Shown here: positions 8,570 through 18,980 of the stretch, piece after piece
Position numbering within the stretch: the first letter of the stretch is position 1
Layout of the letters: each line of letters opens with the position of its first letter
Assembly (NCBI GenBank): GCA_036570545.1
Contig: DATCXZ010000054.1
Location: 1,558-65,557, forward strand
Reading direction: 5' to 3'
Length of the DNA: 64,000 nucleotides
Origin: Kiloniellaceae bacterium
GTDB lineage: Bacteria > Pseudomonadota > Alphaproteobacteria > Kiloniellales > Kiloniellaceae
The notes under the pieces: model-generated
The model's input: only the letters and a program-made list of their open reading frames with translations
What the model was told of the DNA's origin: nothing
Database searches by the model: none
Position numbers and translations under genes: made by a program

Positions 8570-10621
8570 ATGGGACTGATAGTCGGATACATAAGCTACG
8601 CGGCTGCGGCCCTCGCCTACCTGGGGCTTGCGCTCTTCTATCTCTGGCGCGGCGGGTGGGGCGGCCATGGCTTCTATCTGCTCGCCGCGGCCCTGCTGAC
8701 GACGGCCTGGGCCGGTCTGTCGTTCTTCGGCCACGATATCATTCCCGACTATGCCGAAGCAGCCCGGCTGTTGCGACACCTGGCGATGCTCGCCTGGGTC
8801 TGGCTCCTGTGGCACATCGTCGCCTCGCTGGAGCCGCACCAGACGAACTTTCCGCGCCGTCTGCTGCTCGGCTGGGTTGTCATCGTCGGCTCGACGACAG
8901 CGGCGCTCGGCCTCCTCGCGGCGCACAGCCTGATCGGGATCGGCTCGCCGCGGCTGTCCGCCGCCCTGGGACTGGTGATCGCGCTGCTGGGGCTCTCGCT
9001 CACCGAGACGCTCTACCGCAGCTATCAGGCCATCGATCGCTGGGGGATCAAATTCCTCTGCCTCGCAACCGGCGGGCTCTTTGCCTACGACATCTTTCTC
9101 TATGGCGACGGCCTCCTGTTCGGGGCGCTCGATCCGGTGTTCCTCGAGGTGCGCGGCCTCGCCCAGGCAGTGGTGGTTCCCTGCTTCGTCATCAACATCC
9201 AGCGCAGCGAGGCGCGTCACTTCGCTCTTGGCCTGTCGCAGCGCCTGGTGTTCGGCTCGACGGTAATCCTCGGCGCCGGCCTCTACCTGGCGCTCATGGC
9301 GGCGGCCGCCTACTACGTGCGCAGCATCGGCGGCACCTGGGGCAGCGCGGTGCAGACCGTGTTCCTGTTCGCCAGCATCCTGCTGCTCATCGCCTTCCTG
9401 CTCTCGGGCACTTTTCGCTCCTACGTCAAGCATTTCCTGGCGGAGCACCTGCAACAGCAGAAGTTCGACTATCGCCAGGAGTGGCGACGCCTGCTGCAAC
9501 GGATCTCGGCCGGCGACCGGGACGAGCCGCTCGATCTCAGAGTGGTGAAGGCCCTGGCCGACCTGCTGGATAGCCCCGCCGGCGCGCTCTGGTACGTGGA
9601 AGAGAGCAGCCTTGCCCTCGCGACGACCTGGAACCTGCCGGTCTTCAGTCTCGCCGGCAGCGATGCAGCGGCGCTCGCCGACTTCTTCCATGCGCACGAA
9701 GAGGTGGTCGACCTGCGCAACGGCAGCCCAGCCACGGAGCCGACCACCGCCGCGCCGCTCTCCGCCGCCTTGGCCGGCATCGACCAGGCGCGCTTCCTGC
9801 TGCCACTGTTCCACCACGACAGGCTCATGGGCCTGGCGCTCCTCGCCGAGCCTCGGGCGCCGCGGGACGTGGACCGCGAGGATCGCGAGCTGGTGACGAT
9901 GGCGAGCCGGCAGGCCGCAGGCTATCTCTCGGAGCAGCGCGCCGCCCACGCGTTGGCCGAGGCACGGGAGTTCGAAAAGTTCAACCAACGCTATGCTTTC
10001 GTGACTCACGACATGAAGAACCTGGTGAGCCAGCTCTCCCTCATCGTGCGCAACTTCGAGAAGCACGGCGACAGTCCCGACTTCCAACGCGACATGCTGG
10101 CGACGGTCCAGTCCGTCGTGGAGCGCATGAACAATCTGATGGCGCGCCTGTCGGGCGAGCCCGACACCGCCAAGATCGAGAGCGTTGCGATCCGGCCGCT
10201 GATCGAGGCCATCATCGGGGAGAAATGCCTGGCAAACGCCGCCATCATGCTTGACTGCCCGCCCGACCTCAGCGATCTGCGGGTCCGCGCCGACACGCGG
10301 CGGGTCGACGCAATCCTGCGCCACCTCTTCCAAAATGCGATCGAATGCTGCGGCCACGACGGCACAATCGTCGTCGGGCTGCGCCGGGACCACAACGCGG
10401 CGGTCATCGAAGTGCGCGATTCGGGCAAGGGGATGGACCTGGAATTCATCCGCAGCGAGCTGTTCCAACCATTCCGCTCGACCAAGCACGGCGGCATGGG
10501 CATCGGCGCCTTCCAGTGCCGCACCTACGCCCGCGAGCTGGGTGGCGACCTGGAAGCGATCAGCAGCATCGGCGCTGGCACCACCATGCGTGTCACCCTG
10601 CCCGTGTTGCGCGAGGCCTGA
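8570..10621 (+). CDS. prsK: XrtA/PEP-CTERM system histidine kinase PrsK
   Basis: Multi-TM N-terminus, GAF-like middle, H-box THDMKNLVSQL, HATPase motifs (DSGKGM, GMGIGAFQCR). Confidence 0.93.
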   Translation: MGLIVGYISYAAAALAYLGLALFYLWRGGWGGHGFYLLAAALLTTAWAGLSFFGHDIIPDYAEAARLLRHLAMLAWVWLLWHIVASLEPHQTNFPRRLLLGWVVIVGSTTAALGLLAAHSLIGIGSPRLSAALGLVIALLGLSLTETLYRSYQAIDRWGIKFLCLATGGLFAYDIFLYGDGLLFGALDPVFLEVRGLAQAVVVPCFVINIQRSEARHFALGLSQRLVFGSTVILGAGLYLALMAAAAYYVRSIGGTWGSAVQTVFLFASILLLIAFLLSGTFRSYVKHFLAEHLQQQKFDYRQEWRRLLQRISAGDRDEPLDLRVVKALADLLDSPAGALWYVEESSLALATTWNLPVFSLAGSDAAALADFFHAHEEVVDLRNGSPATEPTTAAPLSAALAGIDQARFLLPLFHHDRLMGLALLAEPRAPRDVDREDRELVTMASRQAAGYLSEQRAAHALAEAREFEKFNQRYAFVTHDMKNLVSQLSLIVRNFEKHGDSPDFQRDMLATVQSVVERMNNLMARLSGEPDTAKIESVAIRPLIEAIIGEKCLANAAIMLDCPPDLSDLRVRADTRRVDAILRHLFQNAIECCGHDGTIVVGLRRDHNAAVIEVRDSGKGMDLEFIRSELFQPFRSTKHGGMGIGAFQCRTYARELGGDLEAISSIGAGTTMRVTLPVLREA

Positions 10622-10641
10622 AACTATGCTGATTGAACAGG

Positions 10642-12003
10642 ATGGCTGAGCGAAATCCGCCAAAGCTCCTGCTCGTCGAAGACGACCTCGGCCTCCAGCG
10701 CCAACTGGCCTGGGCTTTCGACGATTTCGAGGTATTCCGAGCCAGCGACCGAGCGAGCGCAGAAGCGGTGCTGAGTCGCGAGCGACCATCGGTCGTCCTG
10801 CTCGATCTCGGCCTGCCGCCGGACGCCGACGGGCCGAGCGAAGGCCTCGCCACCTTGCAGTCCGTGCTGCGCGGCTCGCCCGAAAGCAAGGTCATCATGA
10901 TGAGCGGCCAGACCGAGCGGGATTTCGCGCTAAAGGCGGTGGCCCTCGGCGCCTATGACTTCTACCAGAAGCCCATCGCGCTGGACGAGATTCAGCTCAT
11001 CGTCGGCCGCGCCCAGCGCCTCTTCGAGCTCGAGCAGGAGAACCGCAAGCTGGCGCAGCGTCAGGCCGAGGCACCCCTGCCCGGCGTGGTGACCTCGAAT
11101 CCCGATATGCTGCAGACCTGCCGCGACATCGCCGGCCTGGCGACGACCAACGTCTCGGTCCTCATCGTCGGCGAAAGCGGAACTGGAAAGGAGCTGCTCG
11201 CCCGCGCGCTGCACCAGTTCAGCCCGCGCGCCAAGGGTCCCTTCATCGCGGTCAACTGCGCGGCCATCCCGGAAAACCTGCTGGAGAGCGAGTTCTTCGG
11301 CCATGAGAAGGGGGCCTTCACCGGGGCCATCAAGACCACCGTCGGCAAGGTCGAGCTGGCCAACAAGGGCACCCTCTTCCTCGACGAGATCGGCGACATG
11401 CCGCCGGCGTTGCAGGCCAAGCTATTGCGCTTTCTGCAGGAACGCACCATCGAGCGCGTCGGCGGCCATAAGCCGATTCCGGTCGATATCCGCGTCGTCT
11501 CCGCGACCAACCAGAACCTGCAGGAGCTGATCGAGCATGGCCGCTTCCGGCAGGACCTCTACTACCGCATCAGCGAAGGGGTGGTGGATATCCCACCGCT
11601 GCGGGACCGGCTCGAGGATGCCGCGCTGATCGCCAACAAGCTCGCCCGCGACTATGCCAAGGAACTCAACCGCCCGGTCCGCGGCATAAGCCCGGCAGCG
11701 ATGGCGGCCATCCTCGCCCACACCTGGCCGGGCAACGTGCGCGAGCTGCAGAACTGCATCAAGCGCGCGGTCGCATCGGCGGCGGAGTCGACCATCTTGG
11801 CGCGCGACCTGCGGCTGGGGTCCGATCCGGACACCGTCGATGGGCCGCTGACGCTGAAGCAAGCGCGCTTCCTGGCGGAGAGCAAGGCGCTACGGCAGGC
11901 GCTGGCCATCGCGGCCGGCAATCTTTCCGAGGCGGCACGGGTGCTCGACACCAGCCGCCCGACGCTCTACCACCTCCTCAAGCAGCACGACATCGAGCTG
12001 TGA
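10642..12003 (+). CDS. prsR: PEP-CTERM-box sigma54-dependent response regulator PrsR
   Basis: Receiver ([14 protein letters not shown]), AAA+ ([14 protein letters not shown]), C-terminal Fis-type HTH; follows prsK. Confidence 0.95.
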   Translation: MAERNPPKLLLVEDDLGLQRQLAWAFDDFEVFRASDRASAEAVLSRERPSVVLLDLGLPPDADGPSEGLATLQSVLRGSPESKVIMMSGQTERDFALKAVALGAYDFYQKPIALDEIQLIVGRAQRLFELEQENRKLAQRQAEAPLPGVVTSNPDMLQTCRDIAGLATTNVSVLIVGESGTGKELLARALHQFSPRAKGPFIAVNCAAIPENLLESEFFGHEKGAFTGAIKTTVGKVELANKGTLFLDEIGDMPPALQAKLLRFLQERTIERVGGHKPIPVDIRVVSATNQNLQELIEHGRFRQDLYYRISEGVVDIPPLRDRLEDAALIANKLARDYAKELNRPVRGISPAAMAAILAHTWPGNVRELQNCIKRAVASAAESTILARDLRLGSDPDTVDGPLTLKQARFLAESKALRQALAIAAGNLSEAARVLDTSRPTLYHLLKQHDIEL

Positions 12004-12016
12004 GCGCGCGGCCGAG

Positions 12017-13228
12017 TCAGGCGAGGCGCTGCTCGGCGCTGCCGCGGCGTTGCAGGCAGTCATCGATGAGACGATCGAGCCTCGCCATCGAGCGCGCCCA
12101 GCTGTGGTTCGTCTCGACCCGCGCCCGGCCGGCGTTCGCCAGCGCCCGCCGCGCGGCACCGTCGTCCATCAACCTGAGCAGCTTTTCCGCATAGTCCTCG
12201 GCGGAGCGGGCAACCAGGATGTGCTCGCCGGGCACCGCGTCGACGCCGCCCGCCGCCTGCCAGCTCGCCACCACCGGCACGCCCATCGCCATGCATTCGA
12301 GGATCTTGTTCTGGGTACCGCGCGCGATGGCGAGCGGCGCGACGCTGGCGGCTGCGCGCCTGACAGGGTCGCGCACGTCGGGAACCGTGCCGGTCACGGT
12401 AATGCCAGGGCGCTGGCCGAGGCGCCGGATCGCGCGGGAGGGTTCGGCGCCGATGATGGCGAAGCGCGCCGTCGGCCGGCGTTGGTGGATCAGCGGGAAG
12501 ACTTCGTCGCAGAAGAAGGTCGCCGCCTGCTGGTTGGGGAAGTAGTCCATGCGCCCGACGAAGCAGAGGGAATCCGGATCGTAAGGCTCGTTGCCCGGCG
12601 TGAAGTAGTCGCAGTCGACGCCGTTGGGGAACCAGTCGGAGGGGGTCGGCACCTGGTACTTCCTCAGCGTCTCCAGCTCGGCCCTGGTCGTGCAGGTGCA
12701 GAGGTCGAACTGCCGTGCGAGCGCCTTTTCGGCCGCCTCCATCTTGCTGCCTTCGAGCCAATAGCCGAGCGATAGCGGGAACGGCTTGAAGCGCCGGTAG
12801 ACCAGCCATTTCTGCGAATCCATGTCGCCGAAGTCGAGGATCTTCGGAATGCCCCTGACCCCGGCAACGTAGGGCGCCACCGAGGAGCAGTGCGCCAGGA
12901 TGAGGTCGAAGCTCTCCTGCCGCAGGCGCTCGCGCAGGCGCCGCGCGAGCTCGGGGGCGTAGAAGTATCCCATGGAAGAGGGTCCCGGCGTCGGCAGCCG
13001 CGCGATCATCCGCCCCCAGGCACCCGCCGCATTCACCCGGCCCATCATGAAGTCGGCGCAGTGGTCGGCGATGCCGCGGCCGGCCGCGGCCTCTGCCGCC
13101 GAGCGCGCCAGCGAGGCGACCACCACCTCGTGCTTGCGGGCGAGGTGCCGGATCATGTTGAACGGCCGGATCTTGCCGCCGCGCGCGGGCGGGTAGGGAA
13201 AGCGATGGCAGACGAAGAGAATTCTCAT
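12017..13228 (-). CDS. XrtA-system GT4 glycosyltransferase (TIGR03087-like)
   Basis: MRILFVCHRFPYPPARGGKIRPFNM, DMDSQKW, GTQNKILECMAMG. ATG overlaps the asnB stop (ATGA). Confidence 0.88.
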   Translation of the reverse strand: MRILFVCHRFPYPPARGGKIRPFNMIRHLARKHEVVVASLARSAAEAAAGRGIADHCADFMMGRVNAAGAWGRMIARLPTPGPSSMGYFYAPELARRLRERLRQESFDLILAHCSSVAPYVAGVRGIPKILDFGDMDSQKWLVYRRFKPFPLSLGYWLEGSKMEAAEKALARQFDLCTCTTRAELETLRKYQVPTPSDWFPNGVDCDYFTPGNEPYDPDSLCFVGRMDYFPNQQAATFFCDEVFPLIHQRRPTARFAIIGAEPSRAIRRLGQRPGITVTGTVPDVRDPVRRAAASVAPLAIARGTQNKILECMAMGVPVVASWQAAGGVDAVPGEHILVARSAEDYAEKLLRLMDDGAARRALANAGRARVETNHSWARSMARLDRLIDDCLQRRGSAEQRLA

Positions 13229-15165
13229 CCGACCGCCGAGACCTCCTCGGTAAGCTCCGCGGCAAGGTCGGCCGGAGCCCGCCCGTCGAGATAGATCTGC
13301 GCCCAGATCTCCAGGTTCAGCAGGGCAAGGAGATGGTCGGTGTGGTCCTCGCGGCTCGCGAAATGGAGGGCCATGGTCTCCTCGATCGCCGGCCAGGAGA
13401 ACAGGCCGCGCCGCTCGACCGCCTGCTTGGACAGCAGGCGGAGCAGCATGGGCTGCAGGTCGCGCTTCAGCCAGGCGCCGATCGGCGCGCCGAAGCCGCG
13501 CTTCCTGCGCTCGAGGATCTCCGGCGGCAGAATGCCGTCGAGCGCCCGCTTCATCAGGCTCTTGAGGCTGCGCCCGTCGATGCGCAGGGCGGCCGGCACG
13601 CGCGCCGCCAGTTCGACCAGTTCGTGGTTCAGCAGCGGCACCCGGCATTCCAGGGAGCGGGCCATGGTCATCTTGTCGGTCAGCATGAGGAGGTCGTTGG
13701 GGAGCTGGGTCATCAGGTCGACCCGCATCAGCCGGTTGAGGCCGTCACCGCCGCGTGCGAGAGCGAAGGCTTCCTGCAGGCCGTCGATGCGGCCGGCGCG
13801 GGCCTCCTTCAGGAGCCGATCGAGGCTCTCCTGGCCAAAGACCTGCACGTAGCTGCGATAGCGCTCCTCGAACGGCAGGTCGTTCGAAGCCACGAAGGTG
13901 CGCGCATAGCGGGCGACGCTGGAGAGGCGGCCGTGCCGGTCGCTCGGCATCGCCTGCACCAGCGGCGCGATGACGGCGCTGCGCATCCAGGCCGGCAGGC
14001 GCTGATATTGCGCGGTGTAGTAGTCGCCCAGGTAGCGGCTGTAGCCGCCGAACAGCTCGTCTCCACCAACGCCGGAGAGGATGACCGTGACGTCCCGGCG
14101 GGCGAACTCTGCCACCAGGTAGGTCGTCACCAGGGCGGAGTCGGCGACCGGCTCGTCGAGGTGCCAGGCGAGCTTCGGCAACAGGCCGGCGGCCTCCGGG
14201 CGGACGACGATCTCGTGGTGGTCGGTGGCGAAGCGTTCGGCGACGGTCCGCGCAAAGGGCAGCTCGTTGTAGACCTCGCTGGCCGCGTCGCCCTTGAAGC
14301 CGATGGAATAGGTCTTTACCGGCCGGTCGCTGTGACGCGCCATAAAGGCCACGATGGCGCTGGAATCGATGCCACCGCTGAGAAAGCTGCCGAGCGGCAC
14401 GTCGCTGACCATCTCGGACACCACCGCGGATTCCATGGCCGCGCGCAGCCGCTCCGCCCAGTCCGCCTCGCTCGGCGCGTCGTCGGCTTCCGCAGGGATC
14501 TCCCAGTAGCGCTCGATCCTGTAGCTGCCGTTCTCACAGACCAGCAGGCTTGCCGGCGGCAGCTTGCGGATGCCGGCGAACAGCGTCTGGTCGTTGCCGC
14601 TATAGCCGAAGGCCAGATAGTCCTGCAGCGCGCCGGCGTCGATGCCGCGGGCAACGCCGGGCACGGTCAGGAGCGCCTTGATCTCCGAGGCGAAGATCAG
14701 CCGGCCCTCGTGCTCCAGGTAGTAGAGCGGCTTGATGCCGAGCCGGTCGCGGCCCAACACCAGGCGCCGCCGCGGCGCATCCCAGATCGCAAAACCGAAC
14801 ATGCCGAGCAGCCGCCCGACGAAGGAAGGGCCCAGGCGCTGGTAGAGGTGAACCAGCACCTCGGTGTCGCTGCCGGTCCGGAAGCGCGCACCCGCGGCCG
14901 CTAGATCTCGCCTGATCTCACGGAAATTGTAGATCTCGCCGTTGCAGACGGTCCAGATGGTGCCTTCGGCGTCGGAAATCGGCTGATGGCCGGTATCGAG
15001 ATCGATGATCGAGAGCCGGCGCATGCCCATTGCCAGGCCGCGGTCTGCATGGAAGCCTTCGTCGTCCGGCCCGCGGTGGGCGATGACCGCGCCCATGGAC
15101 TCGAGCAGCGACGGGTCGCAGTTGGCGCCATCCCGCAACGCCACCAAGCCGTAGATTCCGCACAT
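13225..15165 (-). CDS. asnB: Asparagine synthase (glutamine-hydrolysing)-like amidotransferase
   Basis: N-terminal MCGI, HRGPD, RRLSIIDL, NGEIYNF, RDRLGIKPLYY, FLSGGIDSS, SGVGGDELFGGY. Confidence 0.93.
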   Translation of the reverse strand: MCGIYGLVALRDGANCDPSLLESMGAVIAHRGPDDEGFHADRGLAMGMRRLSIIDLDTGHQPISDAEGTIWTVCNGEIYNFREIRRDLAAAGARFRTGSDTEVLVHLYQRLGPSFVGRLLGMFGFAIWDAPRRRLVLGRDRLGIKPLYYLEHEGRLIFASEIKALLTVPGVARGIDAGALQDYLAFGYSGNDQTLFAGIRKLPPASLLVCENGSYRIERYWEIPAEADDAPSEADWAERLRAAMESAVVSEMVSDVPLGSFLSGGIDSSAIVAFMARHSDRPVKTYSIGFKGDAASEVYNELPFARTVAERFATDHHEIVVRPEAAGLLPKLAWHLDEPVADSALVTTYLVAEFARRDVTVILSGVGGDELFGGYSRYLGDYYTAQYQRLPAWMRSAVIAPLVQAMPSDRHGRLSSVARYARTFVASNDLPFEERYRSYVQVFGQESLDRLLKEARAGRIDGLQEAFALARGGDGLNRLMRVDLMTQLPNDLLMLTDKMTMARSLECRVPLLNHELVELAARVPAALRIDGRSLKSLMKRALDGILPPEILERRKRGFGAPIGAWLKRDLQPMLLRLLSKQAVERRGLFSWPAIEETMALHFASREDHTDHLLALLNLEIWAQIYLDGRAPADLAAELTEEVSAVG

Positions 15166-15171
15166 CGTCGC

Positions 15172-16389
15172 TCAGCCTCCGCGGTTGGTGCCCGGCAGCC
15201 GCTCATAGACGGCGGCATAGCGCGCCACGACGGCATCCCAAGTGCGCTCGGTCTCCACGTAGCGCCGCCCCGCCTCGCGCATGGCCGGCCAGTCTTCCTG
15301 CCGGTCGATAACCTCCGCCAGCTTGCCAGCCAGCGCGCCGGCATCGTCCGCTTTGAAAAGATAGCCGCGCTGCCCGTCCACCAGGAGTTCCCGATGGCCG
15401 CCGACGTCCGAAGCCACCACGATAGAACCTTGCGCCATCGCCTCCAGCGGCTTCAAGGGGGTAACCAGGTCGGTGAGCCGCATGCGGTGGCGTGGATAGA
15501 CGAAGAACGTCACCAGGTCGTAGTAGCGGCGCACCTGCTCGTGCGGCACCCGCCCGGTGAAGACGACCTGATCGCCGATACCCAGCCGGTCGACCTGGGC
15601 AACCAGGCGCTCCTTCTCCGGCCCTCCGCCGACCACCAGAAGCTTCACTCCCTGCCGTTCGCGAAAGAGGCGCACCATCGCCTCCATCAGGAGCTTCAGC
15701 CCCTCGTAAGCGTAGAAGGAGCCGATGAAGCCGAGCACGATGCAGCCTTCCAGGCCCAGCGAACGTTGCAAGGCGGCGTCGACGCGCCGCTCGGTGGTGA
15801 AGCGTTCGGTGTCCACGGCATTGGGCACCACGGTCACCTTGCCCGCCTCGATGCCGCGGCCGAGGATGTCGTTCTTCAGGCCCTCGCAGATGGTGACGAT
15901 GGCATCCGCATGGCGCAGGACGTAGGTTTCCAGGAACCGCGTGGAGCGGTAGCGCAGATCGCCCTGGCGCGCGGTGCCCCAGTCCACGGCGGCGTCTTCC
16001 CACAGGGAACGCACCTCGTAGACCAGCGGCAGGCCGTGGCGCCGCGCCGTGCGCAGTGCCGGAATACCGTTCAGCACCGGCGAATGGGCATGGAGGACGT
16101 CGGGCCGTGTTTCTTCGATGACCTCATCGAGGCGGGCGCGGGTACGCTCCATCTGGGCCAGCTCACGCAGCACCGGCAGCCTCTGCGTCGCGGCGGCGGG
16201 CTGCGGCGTGCGGTAGAAGGTCCATCCTCCTGCTTCGTCGACGAGGCCATCGAAGCGATACTGCTTGGGCGTCGTCATCTGCACCGTGTCCCAACCGCGC
16301 TTGCGCTGCGCCGCGAGGATGCCCACCGTGCGAAAGCTGTAGCCGCTCTGCAACGGCAGCGAGTGGTCCAGCAGATGAAGGATTCGCAC
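15172..16389 (-). CDS. XrtA-system GT4 glycosyltransferase (TIGR04063-like)
   Basis: VRILHLLDHSLPLQSGYSFRT, HAHSPVLNG, TDLVTPLKPLEAMAQG. GTG start at 16389. Confidence 0.88.
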   Translation of the reverse strand: MRILHLLDHSLPLQSGYSFRTVGILAAQRKRGWDTVQMTTPKQYRFDGLVDEAGGWTFYRTPQPAAATQRLPVLRELAQMERTRARLDEVIEETRPDVLHAHSPVLNGIPALRTARRHGLPLVYEVRSLWEDAAVDWGTARQGDLRYRSTRFLETYVLRHADAIVTICEGLKNDILGRGIEAGKVTVVPNAVDTERFTTERRVDAALQRSLGLEGCIVLGFIGSFYAYEGLKLLMEAMVRLFRERQGVKLLVVGGGPEKERLVAQVDRLGIGDQVVFTGRVPHEQVRRYYDLVTFFVYPRHRMRLTDLVTPLKPLEAMAQGSIVVASDVGGHRELLVDGQRGYLFKADDAGALAGKLAEVIDRQEDWPAMREAGRRYVETERTWDAVVARYAAVYERLPGTNRGG

Positions 16390-16423
16390 CGCCCGCCTCT
16401 CCGCTGTGCCGAGCGGCCGCCGC

Positions 16424-17740
16424 CTACCAGCAGATGCCTTCGTAGTCGACACCTTCCCGGTTCTGCAGGGCAGCCACACCCTGCAGATCGATGACGCAGC
16501 GGCCCGGAGCGGCTGCGGCAATGGCCGGCACGGCATCGGCCGGAACGTGACCGACCACGATGGTTCCGGCACCGGCCAAGGTGTCCTCGATCGAATTGCT
16601 GATCAGCCGGTCGAGGTGCGGGATCTCGCGCTCGATGTACTCGAGATTCGCGCCGGTCAGCCGCGCGAGGTCGACGGAGCGGTCGAAGATCGCCACATCG
16701 AAGCCTTTGCCGATCAGACGTTCCGCAAGCGATACGAAGGGAGACTCGCGCAGATCGTCGGTGCCCGGCTTGAAGGCGAGGCCGAAGAGCGCGACCTTGC
16801 GCCGCCCCCGCCGCTGAACCATCTCGAAGGCCCGGTCGATGTGGCTGTCGTTGCTCGTGAGGATGGAGGTCATCATTGGCAGCTGCAGGTTCTGCGATTT
16901 CGCCAACTCGGCGACGGCGCGCAGCTCCTTCGGCAGGCAGGAGCCGCCGAAGGCGAAGCCAGGCCGCAGGTAGGCCGGAGAAATGTTGAGGTCGCGATCC
17001 TCGCAGAAGATGCGCATGGTGTCGCGAGCATCGATGCCGAGCGCCTTCATCAGCGCGCCGAGCTCGTTGGCGAACGCAATCTTGATCGCATGATAGGTGT
17101 TGCAGGCGTACTTCAGCGATTCGGCAACGCCCGCCGACGTCACGTAGAGCGGCGCGTCGATGCCGGCATAGAGGGCCTCGACTGCCGCGCAGTTACCGGG
17201 CCCCACCTTGCCGACGATGGTGAAGGGCGGCGCGAAGAAATCCCTTACAGCGGCGCCTTCACGAAGAAATTCGGGATTGAAACAGAGCCCGAGGCCGTTG
17301 CCGATCTCCCGCCCGACAATGGCCTCCAGTTTGGGGGCCACCCGTTCCTCGGTGGTCCTCGGGGCCACGGTCGAGCGTACCACCACGCTGTGCGCCTCGT
17401 TCTTGTGGCGGATGGCCTGTCCGATCGAGGACACCACCGCGTCGAGCGCCGCCAGGGACTGGCCGCCGCCGGCGCCGGATGGCGTTCCCACCGAAATCAG
17501 CGAGATCTCGCTTTCCATAACGGCCTCGGTGGCATCGTCGGTTGCCGAGATGCGGCCGGCGGCGCTCGCCTCGGCCATCAGCTTGGTGAGGCTCTGCTCC
17601 ACCACCGGGGCAGTGCCGGCATTGATCATGTCGACCTTGGCGCGGTTGACGTCGACGCCAATGACCTGGTGCCCGAGGCGCGCCAGGCAGGCGCCGGAAA
17701 CCGCGCCCACGTAGCCCATGCCAAATATGGAAACCTTCAT
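16424..17740 (-). CDS. UDP-glucose/GDP-mannose dehydrogenase family protein, AlgD-like
   Basis: GMGYVG, FNPEFLREG, GFAFGGSCLPK, FKPGTDDLRESP, C-terminal EGICW as in AlgD. Confidence 0.9.
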   Translation of the reverse strand: MKVSIFGMGYVGAVSGACLARLGHQVIGVDVNRAKVDMINAGTAPVVEQSLTKLMAEASAAGRISATDDATEAVMESEISLISVGTPSGAGGGQSLAALDAVVSSIGQAIRHKNEAHSVVVRSTVAPRTTEERVAPKLEAIVGREIGNGLGLCFNPEFLREGAAVRDFFAPPFTIVGKVGPGNCAAVEALYAGIDAPLYVTSAGVAESLKYACNTYHAIKIAFANELGALMKALGIDARDTMRIFCEDRDLNISPAYLRPGFAFGGSCLPKELRAVAELAKSQNLQLPMMTSILTSNDSHIDRAFEMVQRRGRRKVALFGLAFKPGTDDLRESPFVSLAERLIGKGFDVAIFDRSVDLARLTGANLEYIEREIPHLDRLISNSIEDTLAGAGTIVVGHVPADAVPAIAAAAPGRCVIDLQGVAALQNREGVDYEGICW

Positions 17741-17843
17741 GCGACCTCAATTTTCATAATGGCGCAGTGAAATCTGACAATGAAAATCGCCCGCCCCGAC
17801 AGATCGTGCCACGAGTGTACGCCGAGGGGAGCCCCCTGCCAGA

Positions 17844-18980
17844 TCAATTGAAGGTCGGGCGCAGCTTTCCCCTGTCCGCTCCACCAATGCTCTTCAGCCG
17901 CTCCGCGACGCGGCCCATCCTGGCTTTCTGCGATCCCTTGACCAAAATGCAGTCGCCATCCCCGACCAGTTGTCCAATGGCGTCCGCGCAGGCTTTGCTG
18001 GTCGGGTACCAGCGATCGGGCTCGTAGTGCCGGGCCAGTTCGCCGACCGCCACAATCATATCGGCGTGGCGACGTGCGACGATCCCGATATCGCGATGAA
18101 ACTGCAGCGCCCGCTCGCCGAGCTCGCCCATCTCTCCCAGCACGGCGAGGCGACGCTTTGCCTGTGCGGCCGGCGCCAGCTCGCCCAGCGTTTCCAGGCC
18201 GAGCCTCATGGACAGCGGATTCGCATTGAAGCTGTCGTCGATCAGCGTGAACCGCTCCAACCACATGGTCCGGAGCCGGCCCTTCGGGGGCTCGAAGGAG
18301 GCCAAGGCTGCGTTCACCGCCAGGTCCGGGATCTCAAGGCGCCGGGCGATAACCCGGGCGATTGCCACAGCCAGGTCAATGCCCCTGCCCGGCACTCGGA
18401 CAACCGGAGCTCGCGCCATGGCTTGCAGCCGGTCGACGAGGGGGTGGTTGTCGCCAAGAATCACCAAACCGCCCGGCGGCACCGCCCTGATCAGGGCCCC
18501 TTTGTGCTCAGCTACGGCCTCCACCGTCTTCAAATATTGCAGATGCGCCGGCCCTATGGTGGTGACCACCGCGATATCGGGACGGGCAAGCCTCGCCAGT
18601 GTCTCGATATGCGCGTCTCCTCCCAGTGCGTACTCAAGAACCAGAATGTTCGGATAGCCGGCACCGGCCATCAGCTTCAAGGCCCTCAGAGGAACCGTCG
18701 CGTAGAGCCAAAGCCGCGCCAGGTTGGTACTCCTGGTCCAGCCGTCATAGCGCAGAATGGTCTGCGGGAAGCCTCTGTCACAGTTCATGTTGTGCTGCGT
18801 GGAACCGACGCTGCCGACCACGGACCTGGCCACTGGCTGGGTCAGCACCGCTGCAATCATCGCCACCGTCGTGGTCTTGCCGGCCGATCCCGTGACGCCG
18901 ATCACGAACGGCCTGCGAGACTTCACCACGCAAGACGACCAGAATGACAAGTAAGGGACGACGACACGCTGTATCGGCAT
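17844..18980 (-). CDS. Compact MurF-like Mur ligase lacking the N-terminal domain (start uncertain, 18980-19106)
   Basis: P-loop VIGVTGSAGKTTT, PDIAVVTTIGPAHL, LIDDSFNANP, LGEMGELG, ILVKGS. Confidence 0.8.
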   Translation of the reverse strand: MPIQRVVVPYLSFWSSCVVKSRRPFVIGVTGSAGKTTTVAMIAAVLTQPVARSVVGSVGSTQHNMNCDRGFPQTILRYDGWTRSTNLARLWLYATVPLRALKLMAGAGYPNILVLEYALGGDAHIETLARLARPDIAVVTTIGPAHLQYLKTVEAVAEHKGALIRAVPPGGLVILGDNHPLVDRLQAMARAPVVRVPGRGIDLAVAIARVIARRLEIPDLAVNAALASFEPPKGRLRTMWLERFTLIDDSFNANPLSMRLGLETLGELAPAAQAKRRLAVLGEMGELGERALQFHRDIGIVARRHADMIVAVGELARHYEPDRWYPTSKACADAIGQLVGDGDCILVKGSQKARMGRVAERLKSIGGADRGKLRPTFN

